From assembly GCF_013149785.1 (NCBI RefSeq), contig NZ_JABEZU010000001.1, positions 682,001 to 746,000 on the forward strand: 64,000 nucleotides of DNA. The letters are read 5' to 3'. The translations under genes and the position numbers were made by a program. The notes under the pieces were generated by a model, which saw only the letters and a program-made list of their open reading frames with translations, ran no database searches and was not told the origin of the DNA. Source of the stretch: Isoptericola halotolerans (GTDB lineage Bacteria; Actinomycetota; Actinomycetes; Actinomycetales; Cellulomonadaceae). Numbering within the stretch: the stretch's first letter is position 1; every line of letters starts with the position of its first letter. Shown here piece by piece: positions 20,074 through 29,522 of this stretch.

Positions 20074-20108
20074 GAGCCCGGACCTCGTCCAGAGGTGCCG
20101 GGCTCTTT
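20074..20108 (+). terminator. Intrinsic terminator after bS22
   Basis: GAGCCCGG-ACCTC / GAGGT-G-CCGGGCTC stem followed by TTT. Confidence 0.7.
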
Positions 20109-20174
20109 GCGTTCCCGGGACGAGGCGTGCCCACGGGAGGAGGCGTTCCCGGGCTCGTGGCGACGGCCGTCGCG

Positions 20175-20990
20175 TCAGTGGCCGCCGAGCCGCCGGCGGA
20201 CGCTGCGCTGTGCTGCGCGCAGCACGAGACCGACGACCCACGCCGCCCCGGCCCAGGAGGCCGTCCGCACCCCGCGCCCCGCGGCTCGCTGCCCGCGTCC
20301 ACGGAACTCCCGGATGGGCCAGCCGACCTCCTTGGCGTGCCGGCGCAGCCGGACGTCCGGGTTGATGGGGCAGGGATGGCCGACCGAACGCATCATCGGC
20401 AGGTCGTTCAGGGAGTCTCCGTAGGCGTAGGAGGCCTGGAGGTCGAGCCCCTCGCGCTCGGCGAGCTCGCGGACCGCCGCGGCCTTGGCCTCGCCGTGCA
20501 TGAGGTCGCCGACCAGGGCGCCCGTGTAGTAGCCGTCGGAGTGCTCGGCGATCGTGCCGAGGCACCCGGTCGCCCCGAGGCGTCGGGCGATGAGTCCGCC
20601 GATCTCCACGGGGGTGGCCGTCACCAGCCAGACCTGGTCGCCCGCCGCGAGGTGCTCGTCGAGCAGCCTCTTGGTGCCGGGGAAGATCCGCAGCTCCAGG
20701 ACGGTGTCGTACACCTCCTCGCCGACCGCCGTGACCTCGGCGACGGACCGGCCGGCGATGAGCGACAGGGCGCGCGTGCGCACGGTCTCGATCTGGGAGC
20801 GCGACTCGCCGAAGACCAGGTACTTGGCCTGGATCCAGGCGAAGCGCAGCAGGTCGGTGGTCCCGAAGAACCTGCGCTGGTACAGCGCCCGGGCCAGGTG
20901 GAAGGAGCTCGCGCCCCGGATGATGGTGTTGTCGACGTCGAAGAAGGCTGCTGCCGTCGGGCGGACCGTGGGCGCAGCGTGAGACGACAT
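20175..20990 (-). CDS. HAD-IB family hydrolase (SerB1-like)
   Basis: AFFDVDNT, LVTAT, K, YGDSLND motifs. Confidence 0.93.
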   Translation of the reverse strand: MSSHAAPTVRPTAAAFFDVDNTIIRGASSFHLARALYQRRFFGTTDLLRFAWIQAKYLVFGESRSQIETVRTRALSLIAGRSVAEVTAVGEEVYDTVLELRIFPGTKRLLDEHLAAGDQVWLVTATPVEIGGLIARRLGATGCLGTIAEHSDGYYTGALVGDLMHGEAKAAAVRELAEREGLDLQASYAYGDSLNDLPMMRSVGHPCPINPDVRLRRHAKEVGWPIREFRGRGQRAAGRGVRTASWAGAAWVVGLVLRAAQRSVRRRLGGH

Positions 20991-21025
20991 GCGGCCCACT
21001 GTAGTAGCGCCGATACGCTGTGCTC

Positions 21026-21310
21026 GTGAGCAGGCCCTCGACCCGACCCGACGCGTCCCGCGTGGTCGTGTACAGCAGAGCCGACTGCCACCTGTGCGAC
21101 GAGGCGCGGGCGGTGGTCGCCGCGGTGTGCGCCGAGGCGGGGGAGACCTGGCAGGAGATCGACATCGACGCCGAGCCCTCCCTGGTGGAGCGCTACGGCG
21201 AGTACGTGCCCGTCGTCGAGGTGGACGGCGTGCAGCAGGGGTTCTGGCGGGTCGACGCGGCGCGGTTGGCGCGGCGTCTCGCCCGGCCCCCGGGAGGGAA
21301 GCACAAGTGA
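21026..21310 (+). CDS. Glutaredoxin-like protein (DUF836 type)
   Basis: YSRADCHLCDEA CxxC, VPVVEVDG, FWRVD. Confidence 0.9.
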   Translation: MSRPSTRPDASRVVVYSRADCHLCDEARAVVAAVCAEAGETWQEIDIDAEPSLVERYGEYVPVVEVDGVQQGFWRVDAARLARRLARPPGGKHK

Positions 21311-21990
21311 TCGAGATCGGTGAGGTGACGGTGCCCGCGGCGACGGTGGCGCGGCTGCCGTACTACCTGCGCGCCCTGCGCGACCTGATGCGCGAGGGGG
21401 TCGAGACGACGTCGTCCTCGGACCTCGCGGAGCGGTCCGGGGTGGGGTCCGCGCAGCTGCGCAAGGACCTGTCGTACCTGGGGTCCTTCGGGACGCGGGG
21501 CGTGGGGTACGACGTCGAGTCGTTGTCGTCGTACATCGCGACGGCCCTGGGGCTCGGCTCGGAGCACCGGCTGGCCATCGTCGGGGTCGGCAACCTGGGG
21601 CACGCGCTGGCGAACTACTCGGGCTATGCGGCCCGGGGCTTCCAGGTCGTGGCGCTGCTCGACGCGGACCCCGCGGTGGTCGGGGGTCGGGCCGCGGGGA
21701 TCGAGGTCGAGCACGTCGACGGGCTCGAGCAGATCATCGTCGAGCGGCACGTGTCGATGGTCGTGCTGGCGACGCCGGGGCCGCCGGCGCAGGAGATCGC
21801 GGAGCGGGTCGTGACGGCGGGGGTGCGAGAGATCCTGTCTTTCGCACCCGTGGCGCTGCACCTGCCCGACGACGTCGTCGTCCGCAGCGTGGACGTCGCG
21901 GGGGAGCTGCAGATCCTCGCGTTCCACGCGGCGGCGCGGCACGCGAACGGTGTCGCCTCGGCGGGGGCAGACGGCGTCCCCGCCAGGTAG
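21307..21990 (+). CDS. rex: Redox-sensing transcriptional repressor Rex
   Basis: ATVARLPYYLR, QLRKDLSYLGSFGTRGVGY, GVGNLG; GTGA overlap with the upstream gene. Confidence 0.96.
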   Translation: MIEIGEVTVPAATVARLPYYLRALRDLMREGVETTSSSDLAERSGVGSAQLRKDLSYLGSFGTRGVGYDVESLSSYIATALGLGSEHRLAIVGVGNLGHALANYSGYAARGFQVVALLDADPAVVGGRAAGIEVEHVDGLEQIIVERHVSMVVLATPGPPAQEIAERVVTAGVREILSFAPVALHLPDDVVVRSVDVAGELQILAFHAAARHANGVASAGADGVPAR

Positions 21991-22033
21991 CGCTCGGCCC
22001 CGCGAGGTAGTGCTACCTCACGGGGCCGAGCGC
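21990..22033. terminator. Bidirectional hairpin between rex and yceI
   Basis: GCGCTCGGCCCCG.GAGGTAG pairs with CTACCTC.CGGGGCCGAGCGC. Confidence 0.75.
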
Positions 22034-22049
22034 GCTGCCTCGCGCGGGG

Positions 22050-22601
22050 TCAGTTCTGGGAGATCGCGGAGACGTCGAGCGCGATCTTCACCTTGTCGCC
22101 GACGAGGAACCCGCCGGTCTCGAGGGCTGCGTTCCAGGTCAGGCCGAACTCCTGGCGGGAGATCTCGACCTCGGCCTCGAACCCGGCGCGGTCGTTGCCG
22201 AAGGGGTCCTTGGCGGTGCCCGCGAACTCGGTGGGGAGGTCGACGGTCTTGGTCACGCCGTTGATGGTGAGGTCGCCGGAGATCACGTAGGCGTCGCCGT
22301 CCACGGAGATGTTCTTCGAGGTGAAGGACCAGACCGGCTTCTCCTCGGCGTGCCAGAAGTCCGCGCTCTTGAGGTGGCCGTCGCGGTTCTCGTCACCGGT
22401 GTTGACCGACGCGGCGTCGAGCTCGGCCCGCACCGCGGTCGACTCGAGGTCCTCACCGACGGTGATCGTGCCGGCGGCGATGTCGATCGTGCCCCGGACC
22501 TTGGAGATGCCCGCGTGGCGGACGACGAAGGACGCGGTGGAGTGGGAGGCGTCGATCGTGTAGGTGCCGGAGGTCAGACCGGTGGGCAGCGGCGTAGCCA
22601 T
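22050..22601 (-). CDS. YceI family (polyisoprenoid-binding) protein
   Basis: GTYTIDASHS, FVVRHAGISKVRG, RDGHLKSADF, GDLTINGVT, FGLTWN. Confidence 0.94.
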   Translation of the reverse strand: MATPLPTGLTSGTYTIDASHSTASFVVRHAGISKVRGTIDIAAGTITVGEDLESTAVRAELDAASVNTGDENRDGHLKSADFWHAEEKPVWSFTSKNISVDGDAYVISGDLTINGVTKTVDLPTEFAGTAKDPFGNDRAGFEAEVEISRQEFGLTWNAALETGGFLVGDKVKIALDVSAISQN

Positions 22602-22716
22602 GGAGATGCTCCTTCTGGTGGATGTCGTGTGCAGTGCGAACCCCACGAGGCGGGTCCATCGAAATGCATCAACCGGGAGCGGTCCACGGCTATTCCCGGT
22701 CTCCGGTCGGGGCCGT

Positions 22717-23709
22717 TCAGGCGTCGGGGTAGCTCTCCCGCAGGAGCCTCCCCAGGAAGCGTGCGATCTCCCGTGGCCCGCTGGCGGGCGCCGTGCTCTC
22801 GACGCCCGCGTTGTAGTTGGTGTTGGTGTTGACGTCGTAGGTCAGCACGCGTCCGTCGGCGGTGCGGATGTTCTCCACGCCGGCGATCTCGACGCCGTGG
22901 TCCCGGGTGAACCGCAGGTATCGCTCCACCACCGGGTCGTCGTAGCCGGCGCGCAGCGAGAACAGGCTCGTCGCGTCGTCGGGCGCCATCTGGACGGTCG
23001 CACCCGGGGGCATGACGGGCCGGCCCGTCGTCGGGTCGATCTCGCAGGCGTCCGCCGGGCAGAGCTGGAAGCCGCCCCGCTCGGTGTCCCCGCGCACGGC
23101 GTAGATCATCTCGCCACCGACGATCTCCACGCGCGTGATCCCGCCGTCGGCCGCCGTGACGTACTCCTGGACCAGCGTGATGCCGTCCACCGGCTCGGCG
23201 TAGTCTGCGGAGGCGACGTGGTCGGCCAGGTCGTCCACCGCCTCGAACCGCAGCACGCCCAGGCCCTTGCCGCCCTGGTTGTGCTTCGTGACGAAGGGGC
23301 CCGGCACGGCGTCGGTGAAGCGGCGTGCCGCCTCGACCACGCGGTCGCGCCCGACGGCCGCCACCGTCCTCGGCACGTCGATGCCGGCGGCCCGCAGCGC
23401 GGTGAGCTGGTCGACCTTGCTCATCTCCAGCTCGAGCACCCGCCGACCGTTGACGGTGCGGCGTCCGTGCGCCTCCAGCCAGGACAGCACGGCCCGGGAG
23501 TAGTCCTTGGTGAGGGCGTGGTCGCGGGTGTGGGACGACGCCGAGATGCGCGACCAGAAGATCCCCTCGGGCGGAGCCTCGTCCAGGTCGAGCGTGCCGT
23601 CGAGAAGCTGCCACTCCACCCAGGGCAGACCCTCGGCGTCGAGGGCGTCGGCGAACACCGTGAACCACTCGGGATTCTCGTGCAGCGCATAGATCATCGG
23701 GCGGTCCAT
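22717..23709 (-). CDS. ATP-grasp ligase (RimK/alpha-L-glutamate ligase-like)
   Basis: EMSKVDQ, KHNQGGKGLGV, LVQEY, YDVNTNTNYN; TATCGT -10 lies 6 nt before the ATG. Confidence 0.88.
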   Translation of the reverse strand: MDRPMIYALHENPEWFTVFADALDAEGLPWVEWQLLDGTLDLDEAPPEGIFWSRISASSHTRDHALTKDYSRAVLSWLEAHGRRTVNGRRVLELEMSKVDQLTALRAAGIDVPRTVAAVGRDRVVEAARRFTDAVPGPFVTKHNQGGKGLGVLRFEAVDDLADHVASADYAEPVDGITLVQEYVTAADGGITRVEIVGGEMIYAVRGDTERGGFQLCPADACEIDPTTGRPVMPPGATVQMAPDDATSLFSLRAGYDDPVVERYLRFTRDHGVEIAGVENIRTADGRVLTYDVNTNTNYNAGVESTAPASGPREIARFLGRLLRESYPDA

Positions 23710-23758
23710 GGCTCCACGATAGGCACCGGGAAGGTCGTCCCGATCGCGTCGGGTGAGC

Positions 23759-23776
23759 TTGTGAGACCTGTCACAA
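23759..23776. promoter_or_regulatory. TTGTGA-N6-TCACAA operator (CRP/GlxR- or Rex-type)
   Basis: TTGTGAGACCTGTCACAA in the divergent region before the cytochrome c maturation operon. Confidence 0.65.
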
Positions 23777-23848
23777 CCTCGGGGAGGAATCTCCCGGAGA
23801 CGGCCGGACGGCACCTGAAGGCGCCCGCGATCTGGGACACTGGGGGCC

Positions 23849-24493
23849 ATGGCCACCACCACCGTCCATCTGCTGCGGCACGGCGAGGTCCACAACCCCG
23901 ACGGCGTCCTGTACGGGCGCATCCCCGGGTACCGGCTGTCCGAGCGCGGTCAGCGGATGGCGCACCGCGTCGCGGAGCACCTGTCCGACCGCGGTCGGGA
24001 CGTCGTCGCCGTCGTGGCGAGCCCCCTGCAGCGCGCCCAGGAGACCGCCGCACCCGTCGCCGCCACCTTCGACGTGGAGCTCGCCACCGACGACCGCCTC
24101 ATCGAGGCGGGCAACAGCTTCGAGGGCAGCACGATCGGCAAGCGGCCCGGCCAGCTCGTGCACCCCCGCTACTGGAAGCTGCTGTGGAACCCGCTGCGTC
24201 CCTCCTGGGGCGAGAGCTACGTCGACCAGGCCACCCGGATGCGGGCCGCCGTCGACGACGCCCGCCGTACCTTCGCCGGCCACGAGGTCGTGCTGGTCAG
24301 CCACCAGCTCCCCGTCTGGATGGCGCGGCTGTCCTTCGAGGGGCGCCGGCTCGCGCACGACCCGCGCCGCCGCGAGTGCGCCCTCGCCTCCCTGACCTCC
24401 GTGACCTTCGACGACGACCGGTTCGTCGCGCTGCACTACACGGAGCCCGCCGGGGACCTGCTCGCCGGCGCCGACCCGGTGCCGGGCGCCTGA
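23849..24493 (+). CDS. Histidine phosphatase family protein
   Basis: LLRHGE, SPLQRA, VSHQ; the usual first gene of the actinobacterial ccs operon. Confidence 0.92.
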   Translation: MATTTVHLLRHGEVHNPDGVLYGRIPGYRLSERGQRMAHRVAEHLSDRGRDVVAVVASPLQRAQETAAPVAATFDVELATDDRLIEAGNSFEGSTIGKRPGQLVHPRYWKLLWNPLRPSWGESYVDQATRMRAAVDDARRTFAGHEVVLVSHQLPVWMARLSFEGRRLAHDPRRRECALASLTSVTFDDDRFVALHYTEPAGDLLAGADPVPGA

Positions 24494-25101
24494 TGGTGCG
24501 CGTCGCCCTCCCCGGTGCCGTGCGGACGGTCGCCCTGGTCGCGGCCGTCGGGCTGGTCGCTGCCTGCGGCGCCGCCGACTCCGGTGCCGGCGACGTCGTC
24601 GGGCAGGGCTTCGTGTCCGGCGACGGCTCCGTGCAGCAGTGGGAGCCCGACGAGCGCGGCGACGTCGTGACCGTCGAGGGCACCTCGTTCGAGGGCGACG
24701 ACGTCTCCACCGCGGACTGGCTCGGCGACGTCGTCGTGCTCAACACCTGGTACGCCGGCTGCGCCCCGTGCCGCGCCGAGGCGCCGGACCTGGTGGCGCT
24801 CGCCGAGGACCGTGCGGACGACGGCGTGCACCTGCTCGGCATCAACACCGAGGACGACGCCGGCACGGCCCTGGCCTTCCAGCGCACCTTCGACGTGACC
24901 TACCCGTCGATCGAGGACCGCAGCGGCCAGGTCGTGGCCGGGCTCTCCGGCGTCGTGCCGCTGCAGGCCGTGCCGTCCACGGTGGTGCTCGACGCCGAGG
25001 GCCGCGTGGCCGCCCGCGTCGTCGGCCAGGTCGCCGGGTCCACCCTGGACGGGATCGTCGACGACGTGCTGTCGGGGACGAGCCCCGAGGGGAGCGCCTG
25101 A
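24493..25101 (+). CDS. resA: TlpA/ResA family thiol-disulfide oxidoreductase lipoprotein
   Basis: Lipobox VAAC, WYAGCAPCRAE CxxC, VPST cis-Pro loop. Confidence 0.88.
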   Translation: MVRVALPGAVRTVALVAAVGLVAACGAADSGAGDVVGQGFVSGDGSVQQWEPDERGDVVTVEGTSFEGDDVSTADWLGDVVVLNTWYAGCAPCRAEAPDLVALAEDRADDGVHLLGINTEDDAGTALAFQRTFDVTYPSIEDRSGQVVAGLSGVVPLQAVPSTVVLDAEGRVAARVVGQVAGSTLDGIVDDVLSGTSPEGSA

Positions 25102-25926
25102 GTGGGTGAGGCCTTCGCCACCACGGCCGTGAGCGGCTCGCTGCTGCTCGCGGTCCTCGTCGCGCTGCTCGCCGGTCTCGTGTCGTTCGCCTCGCCCTGC
25201 GTGCTGCCGCTGGTCCCCGGGTACGTGGGCTACGTCGGCGGGCTCGCGGCGGCGAACGCCGGACCTGCACGTTCAGGGCGCGCCGACGGCCCGGCCGGCT
25301 CGGCGGGCACGGCCGGGCCGACGACGGCGGCACCCCCGCGCGCCCCCGGCCGCGGGCGCGTCGTGCTGGGCGTCGCGCTCTTCGTGCTCGGCTTCACCGC
25401 CGTGTTCGTCGCGCTCATGGCGGCCGCCGGGGCCGTGGGCTCCTACCTCGTGCGCTACGAGGACGTCCTGACCCGAGTGCTCGGCGTCGTCGTGATCCTC
25501 ATGGGCGTGGCGTTCCTCGGCGGTATCCGGTTCCTGCAGCGGGAGCGGCGGCTGCACGTCAGCCCGCGCGCGGGTCTGTGGGGTGCGCCGCTGCTCGGCG
25601 TCGTCTTCGGCCTGGGCTGGACGCCGTGCCTCGGTCCGACGCTCGCCGCCGTGCAGTCCCTCGCGCTCAACGAGGCCTCGGCCGGGCGCGGCGTCGTCCT
25701 GGGGATCGCGTACTGCATCGGCCTCGGCGTGCCGTTCCTGCTGGTCGCCCTCGGGCTGCAGTCCTCGGAGCGCATGCTCGGCTTCCTGCGACGCCACCGG
25801 CTCGCGATCATGCGGTGCGGCGGCGGGCTGCTCGTCCTCATCGGCCTGACCATGGTCACGGGTGTGTGGGGCTCGTTGACGAGCATGCTGCAGAGCTGGA
25901 TCAGCGGATACACGACGGTGGTGTGA
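25102..25926 (+). CDS. ccdA: Cytochrome c biogenesis protein CcdA
   Basis: SFASPCVLPLVPGY and GWTPCLGP motifs. Confidence 0.95.
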   Translation: MGEAFATTAVSGSLLLAVLVALLAGLVSFASPCVLPLVPGYVGYVGGLAAANAGPARSGRADGPAGSAGTAGPTTAAPPRAPGRGRVVLGVALFVLGFTAVFVALMAAAGAVGSYLVRYEDVLTRVLGVVVILMGVAFLGGIRFLQRERRLHVSPRAGLWGAPLLGVVFGLGWTPCLGPTLAAVQSLALNEASAGRGVVLGIAYCIGLGVPFLLVALGLQSSERMLGFLRRHRLAIMRCGGGLLVLIGLTMVTGVWGSLTSMLQSWISGYTTVV

Positions 25927-27704
25927 TGAGCGGACGCAGCTATCGTCCCGAGGGGATCGCGGACGAGTTCACCCAGGGCGCCCGGGGCGGCGAGCAGCCG
26001 ACCGACGCCGGTTCCGAGGGCGCCGCGCCGACCGACGCTCCGCCGTCGGGCACGGCACGCGCCCCCCGGATCGGCTGGCGCGGGATGCTGCGCTGGACCT
26101 GGCGGCAGCTCACCAGCATGCGGGTCGCCCTCATGCTGCTCATGCTGCTCGCCGTCGCCGCGGTACCCGGCTCGATCTTCCCGCAGCGCAGCCAGGACCC
26201 GGCCGCCGTCGTCGAGTACCTCGGCGAGCACCCCACCGCGGGCGAGTGGCTCGACCGGTTCGGGTTCTTCGAGGTCTACTCGTCGGTCTGGTTCTCGGCG
26301 ATCTACCTGCTGCTCTTCGTGTCCCTCGTGGGCTGCATCGTGCCGCGCACGATCGCGCACGCCAAGGCGGTGCGTCACCGGCCTCCACGCCCCCCGGCAC
26401 GTTTCGCACGGTTCCCCGCCCAGGCCTCGGGGACCACGTCGGCCGCTCCGCAGGAGGTGACGGACGCCCTCGCCGCCCACCTGCGCGGACGCCGCTGGCT
26501 GCCGGCGTTCCGCGTGGACACGGCAGCGGAGCCGGCGCACGAGGCCCGCGGCAAGGTCCCCGCCCGGCCCGCGGCGCGCACCGTGGCCGCAGAGCGCGGC
26601 TACCTGCGCGAGAGCGGCAACCTGCTGTTCCACCTGGCGCTGCTCGGGCTGATCGTCGCCGTCGGCGTCGGGCAGCTGATGCACTACCGGGGCCAGGCGA
26701 TCATCACCGAGGGACGCGGGTTCGCCAACGCCGTCGTCGACTACGACACGTTCGAGAGCGGGGCGTGGTTCCAGCCCGAGTCGCTGGTGCCCTTCTCGAT
26801 GACGCTGGACTCGTTCACCTCGCAGTTCGCGACCGACACCGTCGCCTTCGCGCAGTCGCGGGACTTCACGGCCGCGGTGACGGTGACCGAGCCGGACGGG
26901 TCGTCGTCGCAGGAGACCATCAAGGTCAACCACCCGCTGACGATCGACGGCTCCAAGATCTACCTGCAGGGCAACGGCTACGCCCCGCAGATCACGGTCG
27001 AGGACGCCGAGGGAGCGATCGCGTTCTCCGGCCGCGTGCCGTTCCTGCCGGAGGACCAGGTCTACACCTCGCGAGGCGTCGTCAAGGTCCCTGACGTCTC
27101 GCCCGGCCTCGACCAGGTGGGCCTCATCGGCTACTTCCTGCCGACGGCCGTCATCGAGGCCGACGGCTCGGCACGCTCGGTCTTCCCCCTGCCGGAGAGC
27201 CCGCTGCTGGTGCTCGAGGTGTACCGCGGCGACCTCGGCCTGGACGAGGGCGTCCCCCAGAACGTCTACCGCCTCGACACCGAGAGCCTCACGCCGTCGC
27301 TGGACGCGAACGGGGACCGGGTGACCCTCCTGCTCGAGCCGGGGGACACCGTCGAGCTGCCCGACGGCCTGGGCACCGTCTCGCTCGGCGAGGACGTGCC
27401 CCGGTTCGTCGCCCTCGACCTGCGCCACGACCCGTCGCTGGTCTGGGTGCTCGGGTTCTCCCTGGCCGCGCTCGTCGGCCTGACCGGCTCGCTGTTCCTG
27501 CCCCGCCGCCGCGTCTGGGTGCGATCATGGGTGGACGACGGCGTCACGCGCGTCGAGGTCGCCGGCCTCGCCCGGGGCGACGACGTCGGCCTGCAGCCCG
27601 AGGTGGATCGCACGCTCGCCGCGGTCCCGGGTCTGGACGACCCCGCCACCGAGCCTGACCCCGACCCTGTCACCGTCACGACGCACGACCCTGAGAGAGG
27701 CTGA
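25926..27704 (+). CDS. resB: Cytochrome c biogenesis protein ResB (Ccs1)
   Basis: LTSMRVAL, PGSIFPQ, FEVYSSVWF, GNLLFH, VNHPL, HDP. Confidence 0.94.
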   Translation: MSGRSYRPEGIADEFTQGARGGEQPTDAGSEGAAPTDAPPSGTARAPRIGWRGMLRWTWRQLTSMRVALMLLMLLAVAAVPGSIFPQRSQDPAAVVEYLGEHPTAGEWLDRFGFFEVYSSVWFSAIYLLLFVSLVGCIVPRTIAHAKAVRHRPPRPPARFARFPAQASGTTSAAPQEVTDALAAHLRGRRWLPAFRVDTAAEPAHEARGKVPARPAARTVAAERGYLRESGNLLFHLALLGLIVAVGVGQLMHYRGQAIITEGRGFANAVVDYDTFESGAWFQPESLVPFSMTLDSFTSQFATDTVAFAQSRDFTAAVTVTEPDGSSSQETIKVNHPLTIDGSKIYLQGNGYAPQITVEDAEGAIAFSGRVPFLPEDQVYTSRGVVKVPDVSPGLDQVGLIGYFLPTAVIEADGSARSVFPLPESPLLVLEVYRGDLGLDEGVPQNVYRLDTESLTPSLDANGDRVTLLLEPGDTVELPDGLGTVSLGEDVPRFVALDLRHDPSLVWVLGFSLAALVGLTGSLFLPRRRVWVRSWVDDGVTRVEVAGLARGDDVGLQPEVDRTLAAVPGLDDPATEPDPDPVTVTTHDPERG

Positions 27705-27706
27705 CC

Positions 27707-28693
27707 ATGGAGATCGCCGAGCTGAGCGACCTGCTCGTCTGGGCCGCGGCGACCGCGCTCGCCGTCGCGATGATCGCGTTCGCCGTCGACCTGGGGCGGC
27801 GCACCGAGGAGCGCGTCGGCGCCCGCACGCAGGAGCGGGTGGCCGTCGGGGCCGCGACGGCCCCGGGCGCGCCGACCGCCGGTGCCGACGCGCCGGCCGC
27901 CGGTGCCGACGCGCCGGCCGAGGCCGCACCGCGCCGTCGGGCCGCGGGGATCGCCATGGCGACCACCTGGCTCGGCACGGCGATGCTGCTGGCCGCCATC
28001 GTGCTGCGCGGGCTCGCCGCCGGGCGCACCCCGTGGGCCAACATGTACGAGTTCACGATGGTGGGCTCTTTCATCGCGCTGGTCGTGTTCCTGCTGCTCA
28101 ACGTGCGACGTGACGTGCGGTTCCTCGGGGCGTTCGTCACCGGGTTGGTGACGCTGTTCCTCGTGGTGGGCCTGAACTCGTTCCACGTGGCAGCGACCGG
28201 TGTCCAGCCCGCGCTGCAGAACTACTGGCTGGTGCTGCACGTCGGCGTCGCGATCGCCGCCACCGGGATCTTCACCGTGTCGTTCGTGATGTCGGCGCTG
28301 CAGCTCCTGCGCGACGTCCGCGACGAGGGCAGCCCGTTCCTCTCCCGACCAGGGTTCCGCTGGCTGGACCGGACCCCTGTCCCGGCGACCCTGGAGTCGA
28401 TGTCGTTCCGGCTCAACGCCGTCGGGTTCGTCATGTGGACCTTCACGATCATCGGCGGGGCGATCTGGGCCGAGGACGCCTGGGGCCGCTACTGGGGCTG
28501 GGACCCCAAGGAGGTCTGGAGCTTCGTCATCTGGGTCGTGTACGCGGCGTACCTGCACGCGCGCACCACGCGCGGCTGGTCGGGGCGCCGCGCGGCGTGG
28601 TTCGTCGTCGTCGGCTACGCCTGCGTGCTGTTCAACTTCACGGGCGTGAACCTGATCTTCAACGGCAAGCACTCCTACTCCGGCATCAGCTGA
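27707..28693 (+). CDS. ccsA: Cytochrome c synthase CcsA/ResC
   Basis: PWANMYE, WLVLHV, WWD domain WAEDAWGRYWGWDPKE, HSY. Confidence 0.96.
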   Translation: MEIAELSDLLVWAAATALAVAMIAFAVDLGRRTEERVGARTQERVAVGAATAPGAPTAGADAPAAGADAPAEAAPRRRAAGIAMATTWLGTAMLLAAIVLRGLAAGRTPWANMYEFTMVGSFIALVVFLLLNVRRDVRFLGAFVTGLVTLFLVVGLNSFHVAATGVQPALQNYWLVLHVGVAIAATGIFTVSFVMSALQLLRDVRDEGSPFLSRPGFRWLDRTPVPATLESMSFRLNAVGFVMWTFTIIGGAIWAEDAWGRYWGWDPKEVWSFVIWVVYAAYLHARTTRGWSGRRAAWFVVVGYACVLFNFTGVNLIFNGKHSYSGIS

Positions 28694-28746
28694 CCGGGTC
28701 GGCCCGCCCTTCCGCGGGCGGCTGACCGGGCCGGCCGCGCCGGGTG

Positions 28747-29094
28747 CTACCTCGGCGAGTCGCCGTCGCCCTCGCCCCGCTCGCGGCGCTGCTGACGGCG
28801 CTTCTCCTGCTCGAGGCGCCACAGGAAGTCCGGGTCGTCGTCGGGGGCGACGGGTCCGGAGGGCCGACGGGGGCCGCGACCGGGCCGGGCGCCGCGTCCG
28901 CCCGACCCTCCGCGGCGTCGGGACTGCTTGGTGGCGATCCAGGTGATCGGACCGAAGACGGGCAGCAGGACGATGATGACGACCCAGAGCCACTTGGGCA
29001 GCCCGGCGCGATCCTCCTCCTGAGACGCGGAGAGGTCGGCGAGGCTGTAGACCAACAGGCCGACGACGACGAGGCCCACCAGGACGCGGAACAT
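28747..29094 (-). CDS. PLDc N-terminal domain membrane protein
   Basis: LPKWLWVVIIVLLPVFGPITW and APDDDPDFL motif. Confidence 0.88.
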   Translation of the reverse strand: MFRVLVGLVVVGLLVYSLADLSASQEEDRAGLPKWLWVVIIVLLPVFGPITWIATKQSRRRGGSGGRGARPGRGPRRPSGPVAPDDDPDFLWRLEQEKRRQQRRERGEGDGDSPR

Positions 29095-29173
29095 TCCCTC
29101 AGCCTAGTTCTCCTGGAGGCGGGAACCGAATCGCGGGGGACGGCTCCACGACGGGCGGCCGTATCCTGGAGGG

Positions 29174-29485
29174 GTGCCTCTCGTGATCTACACCGTGCTC
29201 CGCCTGCTCCTCTTCGCCGTCGCGCTCGGCGTCGGGTACCTGGTCGGGCTGCGCAGCTGGTTGCTGCTGCTCGTGGCGATCGTGGTGGCCTTCGGGGTCG
29301 CCTACCTGGTGCTGACGAAGCAGAAGGACGCGGCGGCCCGGTGGCTCGCCGAGCGTGCCGAGCGCCGTCGGGCGGGCCAGGAGGGCCTGGACAGGGTCAT
29401 CGACGAGGATGCTGCCGCCGAGGACTCCGCCGTCGACGAGGCGAGCCGCACCGACGGGCCGAACAGGAACTTGGGCCCGCAATAG
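29174..29485 (+). CDS. DUF4229 family small membrane protein
   Basis: YTVLRLLLF, two TM helices, acidic tail; usual position next to menA. Confidence 0.82.
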   Translation: MPLVIYTVLRLLLFAVALGVGYLVGLRSWLLLLVAIVVAFGVAYLVLTKQKDAAARWLAERAERRRAGQEGLDRVIDEDAAAEDSAVDEASRTDGPNRNLGPQ

Positions 29486-29522
29486 TGGCCCGTTGCGGGC
29501 ACAGGCTCCTGGTCGGCGAGGG

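Noticed and set aside
22564..25101. 845-aa ORF, and similar long N-terminal extensions of resB, menD, nuoG, nuoI and nuoL
   Set aside because: The true starts are RBS-preceded or coupled to upstream stop codons; the extensions overlap other genes.
27876..27921. 21-bp tandem repeat in ccsA (AGADAPA x2)
   Set aside because: In-frame slippage in a variable loop; ordinary.
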